The notes below the pieces were generated by a model. It saw only the letters and a program-made list of their open reading frames with translations. It was not told where the DNA came from and searched no databases. This document shows positions 20,201-30,158 of a stretch of DNA of 64,000 nucleotides, piece after piece; positions within the stretch are counted from its first letter, which is position 1, and each line of letters begins with the position of its first letter. Made by a program: the position numbers and the translations under genes. Source of the stretch: Schizochytrium sp. TIO01 (lineage: Eukaryota; Protista; Bigyra: Labyrinthulomycetes); assembly GCA_004764695.1 (NCBI GenBank), contig SMSO01000032.1, forward strand, positions 4,806,483 through 4,870,482. The letters run 5' to 3'.

Positions 20201-21614
20201 CCTCCCAAAAGGTATGCGTAACCAGTTTGGGGGTATGCCTTTTCACATATGTCGCTTTTTTGCTGCGGGTATTCTGATGGGTCTAAAGCATCTTTATGAA
20301 CTACGTATTGTGCACCGAGATATCAAGACAGTCAATATATTGGTGGATCATCATGGATATCCTAAACTGGCTGATTTTGGCGTGAGTAAAGCTCTGGATC
20401 ATCGCACATCTCGCACTGCAACTTTTGTTGGTTCTCCACGATTTATGGCCCCAGAGCAAGCTGCTCTCGCTAGTGGAAACAGCAGTGGCTACGGAATTGG
20501 TGTCGATTGGTGGGCCTTTGGCTGTGTGCTGTACAAAATTGCAACCGGTGAGGACTGTTTCTCAATCAGTCGTCCGCGCCGCGCACAGAATAGTAGTGGG
20601 GCACAACGTAATACAAGTACAGACAGCTTTGATTCCATCCTCGGTTCTATTATGAGCTTTGGGGAAAAGCACCGTAGTAAGAGTGGTTTGAGTCCATATG
20701 AAGCATTAACAGCACGCCGCAATGACCGCCATCTGAAGTATTTTTGTGATGGCGCTCTTAAGATGATATCCACGGATGAGGCCCGAGTCTGGCGTATATA
20801 CGGTGAATTCGTCGCGGCTCTACTCCACCCCGATGCTAAATTACGCCTTGGAGCGAACCATTGGGGCCCTCGCAGTGCTCAATACCACCCTCTTTTTCTA
20901 GAGATTCCTGAAAATGACATTGAACCGTGCAACTTTGATGCTCTATTTAGCAGACATATTCCTGCCCCATGGGTTCCTCGGCGCGAAGATCTTATTGTCG
21001 ACGTCAATCAGCTGCGTCGGATGCACAAGGAAATTCGATTGGAAAGACGACAAAAGAAGTCACAAGGTCCCTCCATGCAGGTGGTTATGGAGGACGATTC
21101 TGATTCTCCCGACGAGGAAGATGATAAATCTGACTCCGAAAGCCACAGTCGATCATCGAAGCGACTATCAGGCAGCGCCGCAAGAGGCATGAATTTACTT
21201 ACAGCAACGAAAAAGATGCAAGCCCTCTCAGTTGCAACACTACACACGGTGACATCGGAAGTTACGGAAGCTGACCAAGATGACCAGGCAATGGCTGATG
21301 AAGAGCGCAGCCCAACTATTGAGGAAGGTGTCCGACATCGCCTGGAAATTGAAAGCAACCAACTCATGGGGCCTTCACTGCGTCGTAAGCGTCAGCTTCG
21401 CGAGGAAATGATGCTCGCTAATAGAAGACGGGCTAAGATTTTAGAGCTCAAGCGTCGAACCCAAATGACCGGGTCTATCGGGGCAGCGGTTCTTTATCGT
21501 GTTATATCAGCTGAGGAGCACCATCAGGGAATGCTTTCACAAGTTGTCCAGGATGCCATCCAAGCGCATGCCTCTATCGCTAGTGGTGATGACAAAGATT
21601 ACCATTCAATTTGA
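17283..21614 (+). CDS. Divergent cyclic-nucleotide-binding-domain AGC kinase (PKG-like architecture)
   Basis: 1443 aa. N-terminal MGTTFS, three cNMP-fold segments (MFIVVKGAV, MYVVMTGTL, IYLILHGVVEL), kinase motifs HRDIK, KLADFG, TFVGSPRFMAPE and DWWAFG, AGC tail PAPWVP. Confidence 0.85.
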   Translation: MGTTFSSGNAAAQGNLQESWERRMEHGLEMSSGLGSQGDLQGLTESEKKSLWKLKNTTASEARKQFEHALRGSNLFKQANRELVTELFDEAVPIFVKKDQVILEKGAVGQVMFIVVKGAVSAHKNSDLSHYRLRQLKDSGDMIKQFQSFIKGPEYSSSDDEQNDLDSDNDFDDSGDIEESETESDGPGHGSPKDSSEYPESIASSVSSLSNLKRRLSRRRSEMLNVQVKGTDDTPSNNVANARAQSSVEHDRSRTPDKVVDSSQSQHKTRLERNRTLRGLFSRRRIDTSESRSLDDNKHARQTLSTVGTGVSNATSLSSSEPRETFTSGSSRSDLIDAIETVEDKEYGHVGHLIRGTTRMQKSLGPGRAFGTHCVLVNTPHSWTVSAKRDTLLLAIHRVQFQEVTQRVSQRSRLREDEKEREGWLLRFPFLAQLKPESLSQLAKEITSCSFAPGEVVCGYGEPLEGMYVVMTGTLAFRSTNGEEVRWFHQGDCVGRGIFMLASDKLMARCRAASLESGLEIAVSGEDHVECIFLEWKRLVQRSSNYPSLNPFFASGSIKSLITGDDRKAGKALAQQQLQLQLQEHKLTQSKASSNKDAVQTENQAETSLIEIGAEVSINLARDALQSCPLFALLDMNEISDLAESFELCIFDDDDEIFSEGDALDDDQAIYLILHGVVELSGLVLPFWEFAQTAVLAELNERNLRNDSRWSTNSYSPLRRGLSQQSLSPDSIDAVTFAPPGVVGRTKDQVLLLDGDTFGEECLERGSRGVHSTSCKALGAVVCARIPKDLLERVGVLEKVQRVYLGAYQPPTSEINRRKSSTSSAGKRPAWRRLAAMSLAESFSMSDNFLLLHDLLEFEPGEDGTMQARRRSLMRTINRENLKVVSRLHETRTTNVFLALHAPTIQLCVVKSTNVERANEDGMGRFVLTEQTILSQVESPFIIKLLSAWNESPSTLVALEPALAGSLEHRLTVLPKGMRNQFGGMPFHICRFFAAGILMGLKHLYELRIVHRDIKTVNILVDHHGYPKLADFGVSKALDHRTSRTATFVGSPRFMAPEQAALASGNSSGYGIGVDWWAFGCVLYKIATGEDCFSISRPRRAQNSSGAQRNTSTDSFDSILGSIMSFGEKHRSKSGLSPYEALTARRNDRHLKYFCDGALKMISTDEARVWRIYGEFVAALLHPDAKLRLGANHWGPRSAQYHPLFLEIPENDIEPCNFDALFSRHIPAPWVPRREDLIVDVNQLRRMHKEIRLERRQKKSQGPSMQVVMEDDSDSPDEEDDKSDSESHSRSSKRLSGSAARGMNLLTATKKMQALSVATLHTVTSEVTEADQDDQAMADEERSPTIEEGVRHRLEIESNQLMGPSLRRKRQLREEMMLANRRRAKILELKRRTQMTGSIGAAVLYRVISAEEHHQGMLSQVVQDAIQAHASIASGDDKDYHSI

Positions 21615-22010
21615 TCATTATATCATTATTTGATACATCTCACTTGCTAGCTGCGGTTAAAGGTAGGGACAGGGCGCACTGTACCTTTGTAAATGGGCTT
21701 TTTGTTTATAGCTGCCCATGCATGACCTATCAAGTTTCTACCGCAGCACTTCGAAAATTTGTTCAACAACTGTTCCTGTTATTTTGTTATGTTTTTTATT
21801 CTTTCTTTTAAGATTTTTCGCAAATTTCTCCGTATTTAGTTTCCCCTTGGTCTTTCATTAATTCTTCGATAACTCTAACACTAATCTAACAATCAACATC
21901 CCTCTGTCTCGCTAAACTCCAGAAAGCTTGATTTTACTTGGGTGAAAATTGTTTGTGACAGGAACGGTACATAAAAAGGCGCAGCCTTTCATTTAATTAA
22001 CTAAATCATT

Positions 22011-25000
22011 CTAAGCATACGAAGGTCTAGATTCCCTTTCCAACATGGCCTCAAGCCTCGACTCAATCTCAGCAAAATTAGGTCGCTGCGATGCATCGGC
22101 GCTCCAGCACTCTCGAATGAGTTCTTCCATGGGAACAGGAACGTTGGAAGGCATGCGAGGGCGCAAGCCTTCGCGAGCCACTTGATAAAGCACCTGAGTT
22201 GCGTGCAATCTCGGGTAGGGTTGTCTACGAGAGTAAATTTGCCATAAGACGACAGCAAATGAGTACACATCTGCTTTTGCAGAGTAACCATCGTCACGCG
22301 ATACTATAACTTCGGGGGCAACCCAAGAAGCTGTACCTACAAAAGAGCGGACAGATTGGCTCTCAAGTTTAAATCGTGCAAGCCCAAAATCGCATACTTT
22401 GACAGTCAGATCAGGCATAGAAACGAGAAGGTTTGATGTTTTGATATCGCGGTGAAGAATTTGAGGATTAGATTCATGAAGCACTCTGATGCCTCTTGCG
22501 GCACCCAAGGCCAACTTGAGGCGCCACTGAGAGTCAAGAGAGTCTAAGTCCCATGAACTTCGAGAAGCGCTGCGCTCTCGGCTTGGAGTGACTGCACCTG
22601 CACCACGCTGTTTACGGCCCCGTCGCACAGTGATATGGTTCATATTTACAGGTTGGTTCTCTGGCAAGGCCCTTGAATGTGGTGCTGCATTGGCTGAGAC
22701 TTTATGATCATCCAAGAGAATGCCTAACATTGAACCAGAGGCGACTAATTCCATCACCAAACAGATATGCTGAGGTTGTGAACTCATTCCATAGAATGAG
22801 ACTAGATTTGGGTGAGCAGGGAGCCCTCGCATAACCTGTGCTTCGCGACGAAAATCAAGCAACGCTCGAGCGCTTAGGGATGATGTAGCATGGAATGTTT
22901 TAATCGCAACACGCTGGCCGTGAAAGACGCCTTCATGAACTTCACCAAAAGAGCCACGGCCAATACAGGTACCGAAGACGAGGTCGGCAGGGTCTATTTC
23001 CCATGCAGAATCATTTTGAGCCTGTGCCATGCGCTGCTTCTCATCGACTCCACCAAATCTATACAACATTGAAGAGTTAGTATTTTCTTGAATTGGTGCC
23101 AAGATATCTAAATTCTCCTGTACATAGCTCGTGCTACGGTCAATACTACTCTTTGAAAGGTTGTTCTGTTGCTGCAACACTGAAGATGCGCGAGCATATG
23201 TGTTACCAACTTGATCATCTATTGTAACTATGTTTTCCACTTCATTTGCCTCAGAGCTGTCCTTTGCGTCGTTTCCGATGTCAATTGGCTCCGAAAGAAC
23301 TGGTACTTGAGCTTCAAGAGAGGAGAGGAGTTGAGGCAGAAAGTCTTGCCACATTCGTGACTGCTGGCGCGCATGTTCGATTTGGTGTTGTACGAAGGTG
23401 GTTACGTGATTGATCATCTCCTGTTTGTTTCTCGAAGCAAGCCATGTAGCTTCAAGTGACGCATCCGCGCGCGTGCTTTTCACCTTGTCTTCAAGATTAG
23501 TAAGGTTTTCCTTAAGGCGTTTTCGTTCAGTCGGGTTTACTTGCTTGGCTCTTGATCCAGTAGCCTCACTGCTGTTATTGTTATTAGTGTTCTGTACATC
23601 ATCTTCATCATTAAGACCTGCGTGAGCGCCCATGTGTATACTTTCTAGGAGAGATCGCTTGATGCGGCATGAACGCTGTAGCAAAACGACTGAATGAGCA
23701 CGGTTTTCAAACCATGCAGTAGATTCCTCCAAAGAACGATGCCACTCTTTGAGTTGCATCTTGGTTTCCATTGTGCGAATACACGCAGCACGATTTGAAG
23801 TCGCTGTTAAGACATCAATTCGAGACAAGGAAGATAACAACTCTACGACAGCCATTGCCGAGTATGACAGTGGCAGCCTGTCATTAGTGAGGGGTACTTC
23901 AGAAAAAATATCAGCTTCGCACGGCGAACGACCCTCCGCCGTCAGTGGTGTATCTGCTCCAAATGCGCACCTAAGCTCCTGTACACGGCGAGGGTCACTT
24001 GCCAATTCACGGATCTCGGGAAGTTCAGTTGCTGCAAGAAATTTACACGCTTTCGCTCTGCTCTCTAGAAGTTCTGCTTGGCGTACGTAACAGGCGGCAA
24101 GCTTCTCCATACGTTTATAACACTTTCGCAGATTTCGCTGATACTCACCACCAAGAATCACGCGAACATCACCATCTCGGTGGCGAGTGGAACCTGTTAG
24201 TAAAAGTCGATTCAGGGTCTCTATATCTACCGTGGCGTGTTCAGCAATTCGCTGTCCATTGTGCAATATAACATTCGGTTTACGGTGTGCAATATCGACA
24301 ACTTCGTCACTAGCCATTGCTGACGAGGCCCATTCAGCCGATTTCCTCCTTCTTGAGCGCTTGTCCCTAGCTCGTTGGGAGACCCGTGCATAATATTCTG
24401 GTTTTGCTTGATCTAAAGGGCATCTCTGAAAGAAGGTTTGCGTTGGTTCAGCCTTGTGGAGTACAGGGTGAACTACGATAATAGCGATAAAGTGCTCAAG
24501 AGCGTGCATGCGTGCATCAAGAAAGGTTTCATTGAAACGACCTAAAAATTGTTTTCGAGGAAGCGGTGGAATGACACTTTCGTCACCATACCATTGTGCC
24601 AGCTCCTCGCGTAGCCAGGTAAAGTCACTATATCTTCGAAGTACCTCAAAGCCAGGGAGACCCTCGTTGCCCTCCACCAGAACACGAAAACTAGTAAACG
24701 AGCGTAACCCAAAAACTGCCCCAGGAACTGCTTGCTCAGCAATCTCTAAGCGGATGCCACAGGCCAGTTCGCTACGCCTTGGTACCCCTTCGTTGTCAAT
24801 TTGTGGGTCAATAAACTCTTTGCCAACAAACAGTACTTGCACAGCTCCATCAAATCCAACCATTGCACGTCTTAACAGAGGCTTTTCTGAGCTCAAGGTC
24901 TTGCTTGATGAAATATGGAGGCTCCATTGCACAACCTCCTTTAGATTGTCAAGTTTTTGGGGAAGAATTGCTACACGAACCCTTTCTACAATATCATACC

Positions 25001-26030
25001 AAGTCCCACCACAAGCACCAAAGTTTCGTACTTCAGAAATAGTTTCTTCCAATACCTTTTCTCTGATTTTTGTCACTAAATCTACTTCGGCATTGGCAGC
25101 GTTCATCTTTTTCTCAAGGGAATAAGAACTTGAGATCTCCTCTTCGTCTTCTTCCGTGATCGCCAGTTGGTAGTGATTTATAATGGGCTGGCGTGATTTG
25201 TGAAGTAGGAGTTCGTTGAAGAAGTCTGAGGGTAGGACAGCAAATCCTACTGGGTCAGAGCTCTCGTAGCCAAGGAAACGTGTTCGAAAACACGATTCGC
25301 AGATGCAATGAACCAAGGCGTCTTTAAAAGTTGCAATGCGCGAGCTTTTTGAATAATCGCCTCCAAGGACCTGCCAGGATCCAAGTGTGTTCTTCGCGCA
25401 GAGGAAGCAATATCTGAACCTCTCCTCCGCAGTTGCTGAGATAAACTCGTCGGCGTGAACGTAGAGAACCTGGGCTCCTGAATCTGGAGGAGCAGGAAGC
25501 CTGACAATAGGTTTACCGTGGAGTTCTTGCCGTCTTGAACAGACTCTCGTTGACTGCAAGCTCAGCTCCTTTGCTACCGCTTTGGCAGCCTCCGAGTCCT
25601 TGCTTATGCCAAGCTCCTCTAGAACCTGTGCTGACGTACACCCCACGTCTGCAAAGGTCTTCACCACGTCCACGACGCGAGCTGCCACAATTGCAGAGAT
25701 TGATTTGCTAGCGCTTTTTTTCCCCTGACCAGCGACTCCAGATTTGCAGTCCTCAGCGCTGTCGATTTTGCGAATATTGGCGTTCCCGAGGTTGTCGTTC
25801 AGAAAATATTTCTGCTCCGCGATGTTATGGTGTTGCTTCGAAATCAAAGTAGATGCAGGGCTGCCAAGAGCACTTCGGGTGGCGTGCGCCTTACGAGGCT
25901 CGTCCGGGCCCTCGTTTTGCGGGTCCAACAAGCCCAGTTGCCGGTGCTGCGTTGCTGCCGATCTCGGCGCAGCGGCGTCGAGCTTGAGCGTGGCTCCGAC
26001 GCAGGGCTCTCGTGCAGGCTCCGTGGGCAT
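22011..26030 (-). CDS. PX domain + BAR-like helical region + tyrosine-kinase-like (Raf-like) kinase
   Basis: PX: VLRRYSDFTWLREEL, IPPLPRK, FLDARMHALEHFI. Kinase: IGRGSFGEV, VAIK, HRDIKTSN, VCDFG, GTASWVAPE, DVYSF, CW....QRPNF. First ATG at 26030. Confidence 0.9.
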   Translation of the reverse strand: MPTEPAREPCVGATLKLDAAAPRSAATQHRQLGLLDPQNEGPDEPRKAHATRSALGSPASTLISKQHHNIAEQKYFLNDNLGNANIRKIDSAEDCKSGVAGQGKKSASKSISAIVAARVVDVVKTFADVGCTSAQVLEELGISKDSEAAKAVAKELSLQSTRVCSRRQELHGKPIVRLPAPPDSGAQVLYVHADEFISATAEERFRYCFLCAKNTLGSWQVLGGDYSKSSRIATFKDALVHCICESCFRTRFLGYESSDPVGFAVLPSDFFNELLLHKSRQPIINHYQLAITEEDEEEISSSYSLEKKMNAANAEVDLVTKIREKVLEETISEVRNFGACGGTWYDIVERVRVAILPQKLDNLKEVVQWSLHISSSKTLSSEKPLLRRAMVGFDGAVQVLFVGKEFIDPQIDNEGVPRRSELACGIRLEIAEQAVPGAVFGLRSFTSFRVLVEGNEGLPGFEVLRRYSDFTWLREELAQWYGDESVIPPLPRKQFLGRFNETFLDARMHALEHFIAIIVVHPVLHKAEPTQTFFQRCPLDQAKPEYYARVSQRARDKRSRRRKSAEWASSAMASDEVVDIAHRKPNVILHNGQRIAEHATVDIETLNRLLLTGSTRHRDGDVRVILGGEYQRNLRKCYKRMEKLAACYVRQAELLESRAKACKFLAATELPEIRELASDPRRVQELRCAFGADTPLTAEGRSPCEADIFSEVPLTNDRLPLSYSAMAVVELLSSLSRIDVLTATSNRAACIRTMETKMQLKEWHRSLEESTAWFENRAHSVVLLQRSCRIKRSLLESIHMGAHAGLNDEDDVQNTNNNNSSEATGSRAKQVNPTERKRLKENLTNLEDKVKSTRADASLEATWLASRNKQEMINHVTTFVQHQIEHARQQSRMWQDFLPQLLSSLEAQVPVLSEPIDIGNDAKDSSEANEVENIVTIDDQVGNTYARASSVLQQQNNLSKSSIDRSTSYVQENLDILAPIQENTNSSMLYRFGGVDEKQRMAQAQNDSAWEIDPADLVFGTCIGRGSFGEVHEGVFHGQRVAIKTFHATSSLSARALLDFRREAQVMRGLPAHPNLVSFYGMSSQPQHICLVMELVASGSMLGILLDDHKVSANAAPHSRALPENQPVNMNHITVRRGRKQRGAGAVTPSRERSASRSSWDLDSLDSQWRLKLALGAARGIRVLHESNPQILHRDIKTSNLLVSMPDLTVKVCDFGLARFKLESQSVRSFVGTASWVAPEVIVSRDDGYSAKADVYSFAVVLWQIYSRRQPYPRLHATQVLYQVAREGLRPRMPSNVPVPMEELIRECWSADASQRPNFAEIESRLEAMLERESRPSYA

Positions 26031-26706
26031 GGCCTGGCTCGGGGCTTGCCGTGGCGACGCTCCGCGCGAGGCCGAGGTCGCGGTCAAGCTCGTTGCCTGC
26101 GTTCGTTTGCGTCGTGTTTCTGTGATGCTTTCCAGTCTCGATAATCTGTTGTTTCTGTTGTTTTAATTGCAACGTTGTTATATTTTTTTTAAATCGAAAA
26201 ATCACAGTTTCCTAGTCAATCAATTTGTGATGGTTTCCCCGGTTCAGGTTCCAGCTCCATTGCCCTAGTTGAGATTTTGATGTTATTCTCCCTGGCCATA
26301 CAGATCAGAACCAGTTTGAGATGAATATAATATAGACCCCAAGCAGTCTCGTTGTGGAGAATTTCCACATTGTCTTTTGAGATTTGAAGGAGTTTCAACA
26401 TCCCGTCTTCAGGTTCTTGAACCGTTTTTCACGTTCTTCGTGTTGCATTTTGTCATTAGAACGTCTTTGCAAGATAAAATAATCGCTGGCAGACAGTCGT
26501 GACAGAATCGGGCCTCCAATTTACATGGATGTGGAACAGGATTGTATAGAAGTCTTTGCAACGAAGAATTGGGACTCTCTAGATTTGTGGCTTCATCACA
26601 AGACTGTTTATGAGCTTACCTACTACCAGTACCTACGTGCCTACTACAATGCTAAATTTAGCTTTATCTTTATCTTCTTTTTTTTTAATTAAAAAATTAA
26701 TTTTAA

Positions 26707-26715
26707 ATCATCATT

Positions 26716-26747
<32 letters not shown>

Positions 26748-26783
26748 AACAATAATAATAACAATAATAACAATAATAATAAC
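26707..26783. repeat. Compound (CAT)n-(AAT/AAC)n microsatellite
   Basis: Read directly; explains the poly-His/poly-Asn in spurious ORF 26610..26801. Confidence 0.95.
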
Positions 26784-28764
26784 TTTGAAGAGCTTAATTA
26801 GTCAGGAGGTAATTTCAACAACGCTTTTATCGGCCACAGCAGTACCACGGATAGCTGCCGAACGATAATTATTTGAAGGGCGATGATTAGCCGATGGTAT
26901 TGGCAATGACCACAGACAATCTATTGTAAATTTCTCAGCAACAGGCAATGGTGTTCATCATGACCTTGATTTCATTCACGTGGGAGGAGGGCGTATTTAC
27001 CAGCGCTACATTACAAGTTACTTTTTTCTCCTTACTTCAAGCGTTAACCCAACCTGTACCTATAAAGAAGTGACAGCTGTGGACAGTTTATTCGTTTAAT
27101 GGGGACACAATAATTTTGCATGCACGCGTGAGCGACTTCGACGTCTCTCCTGATAAGTATGCGCGCTGTACCTTTAATATATAGGATTTTCACATTTGTT
27201 ACACAGGCTTATCATTTCATTTTTACTCTCCTGAGAGTAAACAGTAAATGATTATCCGAGTTAATAAGTGAATAAATAAAAACGGGTTGGAAGCACCACG
27301 AGCTACTCAGCCTGTACCGAGAGACACCCCAAAACATTGCAAATTCGATCTCCCCTATCTACAGTGAAGAAGTACCTAATTGTTTTTCTTTCGATCGCTG
27401 TTTTGAACCCCATCTCGGAGTGGGGGTCTAAGTCCAGAGTGTCAGAAAATACCAAAAAACGTGGTGCAAAAAGACTTGGTGGCTGGAACATCAACCTTGT
27501 TTCCTCAATACTGCAGTCAGTGATTCGCAACAACAACCATTTAGTGTAAGTTGACTCTCCACCAGATTTACCGGGGCACCCTGGAAAATATGAACCGCAC
27601 GATTCATTGTAGATGAACAATGAGCAAGAGCTCGTGGAAACAGAATCGAGCTTTCTTCTGTCGGATGGCATTTGATAGGGGTGGATGCGCTGTGAAACGA
27701 AAACGTCAGGCATAGGTCTAATTCTCGTACCTGCTCTGGTTGGGAGAGGAGTTGCAAACAATCAGTCCAGAGAACCGGAAGCAAAAATAAATCACAAATC
27801 TACCGCTGTTTGCCCCTCCACTTGCAACACGAATATCTATCTGTCTTGGGGTCGTCAGTGGTCCTGACAATGTAAATATGCAGCTTGTAAGAAACTTGAT
27901 GTGTAGTTTCAAAGGCTGCTTAAATTGAAAAGGTGCTTCACTTAGACATATGACTCAATTGGTTCGTTTGTTTCTTTTTTTAATTCAAAATAAAATAAAA
28001 TAAAAAACAATCACAATAATGAATAGTTGAATATGACTACAGAGATAGTCAGAGCCGTTGTGCTGCCATGATAATTGTTTTAGCTCGAGTGTTTACCCAA
28101 ACTAAAAGGTTTCAACGGGACGCCTCTGGTTAATGAGAGTGTTATGCTGCAAGTAGGAATAGTTAAAGTAGAGCAACATCATGTTAATACCTGCGAGAAT
28201 CAAGCGTTTCAAGATTGATGCTGTGGCTTATATTGAATCGGCAGCCCTCTATATTTTGGGCAGGAGCTGAAAGGCCTTAAGGTGTGGAGATCTGCATGAA
28301 AGGAGAACCAAAACTTCCGCTGGTGCGTACTACCAAATACTTTCACTATCAATAAACGGTATTCTCTTTTTACCAAGATGCGGTTGAGATACTGACTCTT
28401 CTATTAAATTTCCAACTCACAGAGAGAATATTATATATTATAGAGCAAAATTTAATTCAGAGATGCTGTAGGTGTGTTGCAGCCGTTCTTAGACTAAACA
28501 GAGTGTAAGGGCATGCTCTCACAGCAGCACATGCAGCAAACAACATATTACCGGGCCACCAACTGCAAAAGGGTTGAAGTGCTACAAAAATCAATACTAG
28601 ATATCAGTCATTGACAACGTTGCTCGTGAGCCGCGCAAGGAGATAATCCTGAGATTGTATGCAGCTTTGGAACGTTTCACACGTGTGTTATTTGGCATTA
28701 TTCGGTGCTGCTCAGTACTGTTAGGTTCGCCTGCCAAGTTTGCTCAAGCATACTCTATTTCCGA

Positions 28765-29967
28765 ATGTCCTTCCAAGATTACCTTAGGTACTTCATTCGT
28801 CACAAATCAGCTTCTTATATTGTTGTTGAAAATGTCAAAGTTGGATTGGTATTGAGATTTACCCAATTCGCGGTATTTCTTTACATGTCATGGTCCCTTC
28901 TTGGCTTGAAATCGTACTTTGAATTTCAAGCTGCTGATGGTTATGCAAATCTTTGGCTAGATAACTTTTCTCAAACCATTCCAACCCCCCTGCCTCATTA
29001 CTGCTCAAATGAAAGCCTCAACTTTGTGTACAATGAAGCCTGGGTTTATCAGAATCATAGCTGCCGTCCTTTTGCATTTGGTGAGGTCTTTGACAAGCGC
29101 AGTGGAGAGTTCTTTATCCTGACATATATGCAAGAAACCTGGAAACGTTTTTCTGAATGCAATGAAACTACGCTTCAGTGCAAGGTCAACGACATCGTCA
29201 AAGTCAAGAATTCATTTGTGCCAACCATTGATACTGTTGAGATTGGATTTGATCACGTTTTCAGCACCGACTTTCGCTACGGTAAAAACGTAGCTACAAC
29301 CCTTGTTGGATCTAATGGGGAAACTATCAAAGAATTTGCTGTTGGCGTGCCTGGGTCAATATCTCTTCAGGACATACTGGATATTACAGGTATACATAGT
29401 CTTGACGGAAAAAATGACGCTGCATATGTGGAAGGTTCTACTGGAACCGCTATTTTCCGCATGACTGGGTTTAATGTAAATCTTCGTTTAGAATACCAGA
29501 ATTCTGACACGTGGTCAGGGAAGGTTGTGACCGCAAAACTTCATGTCGAGCTTGTAGACGCTGGATGGGGTACTATTGGGCCCAAAGTCGATTATGCAGA
29601 TCTTTCTATCAACGAAGATGGCCTTACCTCGTTCTATGTAAGAGACACATATTCCTATGGCATTCGTATTACTATTGAAGCAACTGGGAACATTGGACGA
29701 CCAGATTTCGTTACAGCTGTGAACTCAGCTGTAACATTTTCCGTTCTGTTTGCCTTAGCTGGAATTGTGGCAGATTTTGCAGCCTTCCATACTCCAGAAA
29801 TTTCAGAAAAGTTTCGTAAGAAAAAACGCACAACCGTTCGCGAAAATACAAGAAGCATTCTTTATTTGGAACCTGGGAACCAGGGTTCATCAAAAATCAT
29901 GCCACGAGACTCTAGTACTTTATGTCAAGATGATAAAAACAAAAACACTTCTTACGAGGGAAAATAG
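28765..29967 (+). CDS. P2X receptor-like two-TM cation channel
   Basis: TM1 KVGLVLRFTQFAVFLYMSW...KSY, a Cys-containing ectodomain, and pre-TM2/TM2 YGIRITIEATGNIGRPDF...LFALAGIVADF, matching P2X YGIRF....G.AGKF...D. ATG at 28765. Confidence 0.88.
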   Translation: MSFQDYLRYFIRHKSASYIVVENVKVGLVLRFTQFAVFLYMSWSLLGLKSYFEFQAADGYANLWLDNFSQTIPTPLPHYCSNESLNFVYNEAWVYQNHSCRPFAFGEVFDKRSGEFFILTYMQETWKRFSECNETTLQCKVNDIVKVKNSFVPTIDTVEIGFDHVFSTDFRYGKNVATTLVGSNGETIKEFAVGVPGSISLQDILDITGIHSLDGKNDAAYVEGSTGTAIFRMTGFNVNLRLEYQNSDTWSGKVVTAKLHVELVDAGWGTIGPKVDYADLSINEDGLTSFYVRDTYSYGIRITIEATGNIGRPDFVTAVNSAVTFSVLFALAGIVADFAAFHTPEISEKFRKKKRTTVRENTRSILYLEPGNQGSSKIMPRDSSTLCQDDKNKNTSYEGK

Positions 29968-30158
29968 CACAAGCTAGAAGATACGTTCCCTTAAATTTTG
30001 ATAATACTTTCTTTTCTTTACTAGGGGAAAGCAAGAGCAAGGCCTTTAGAACCACGATTTTCTAATCAACGCAATCATGACAGCATTTTGTTATAAACAA
30101 CTGTGAAGGTACAAAACTAAGCCACGAAGCCTAGGTGAGTTGCTATCATGAGCAGGGA

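Noticed and set aside
26610-26801. Poly-His/poly-Asn ORF
   Set aside because: Translation of a microsatellite.
27303-27784. Overlapping 97-152 aa ORFs
   Set aside because: No family motifs and conflicting frames; kept only as part of the gene-poor tract finding.
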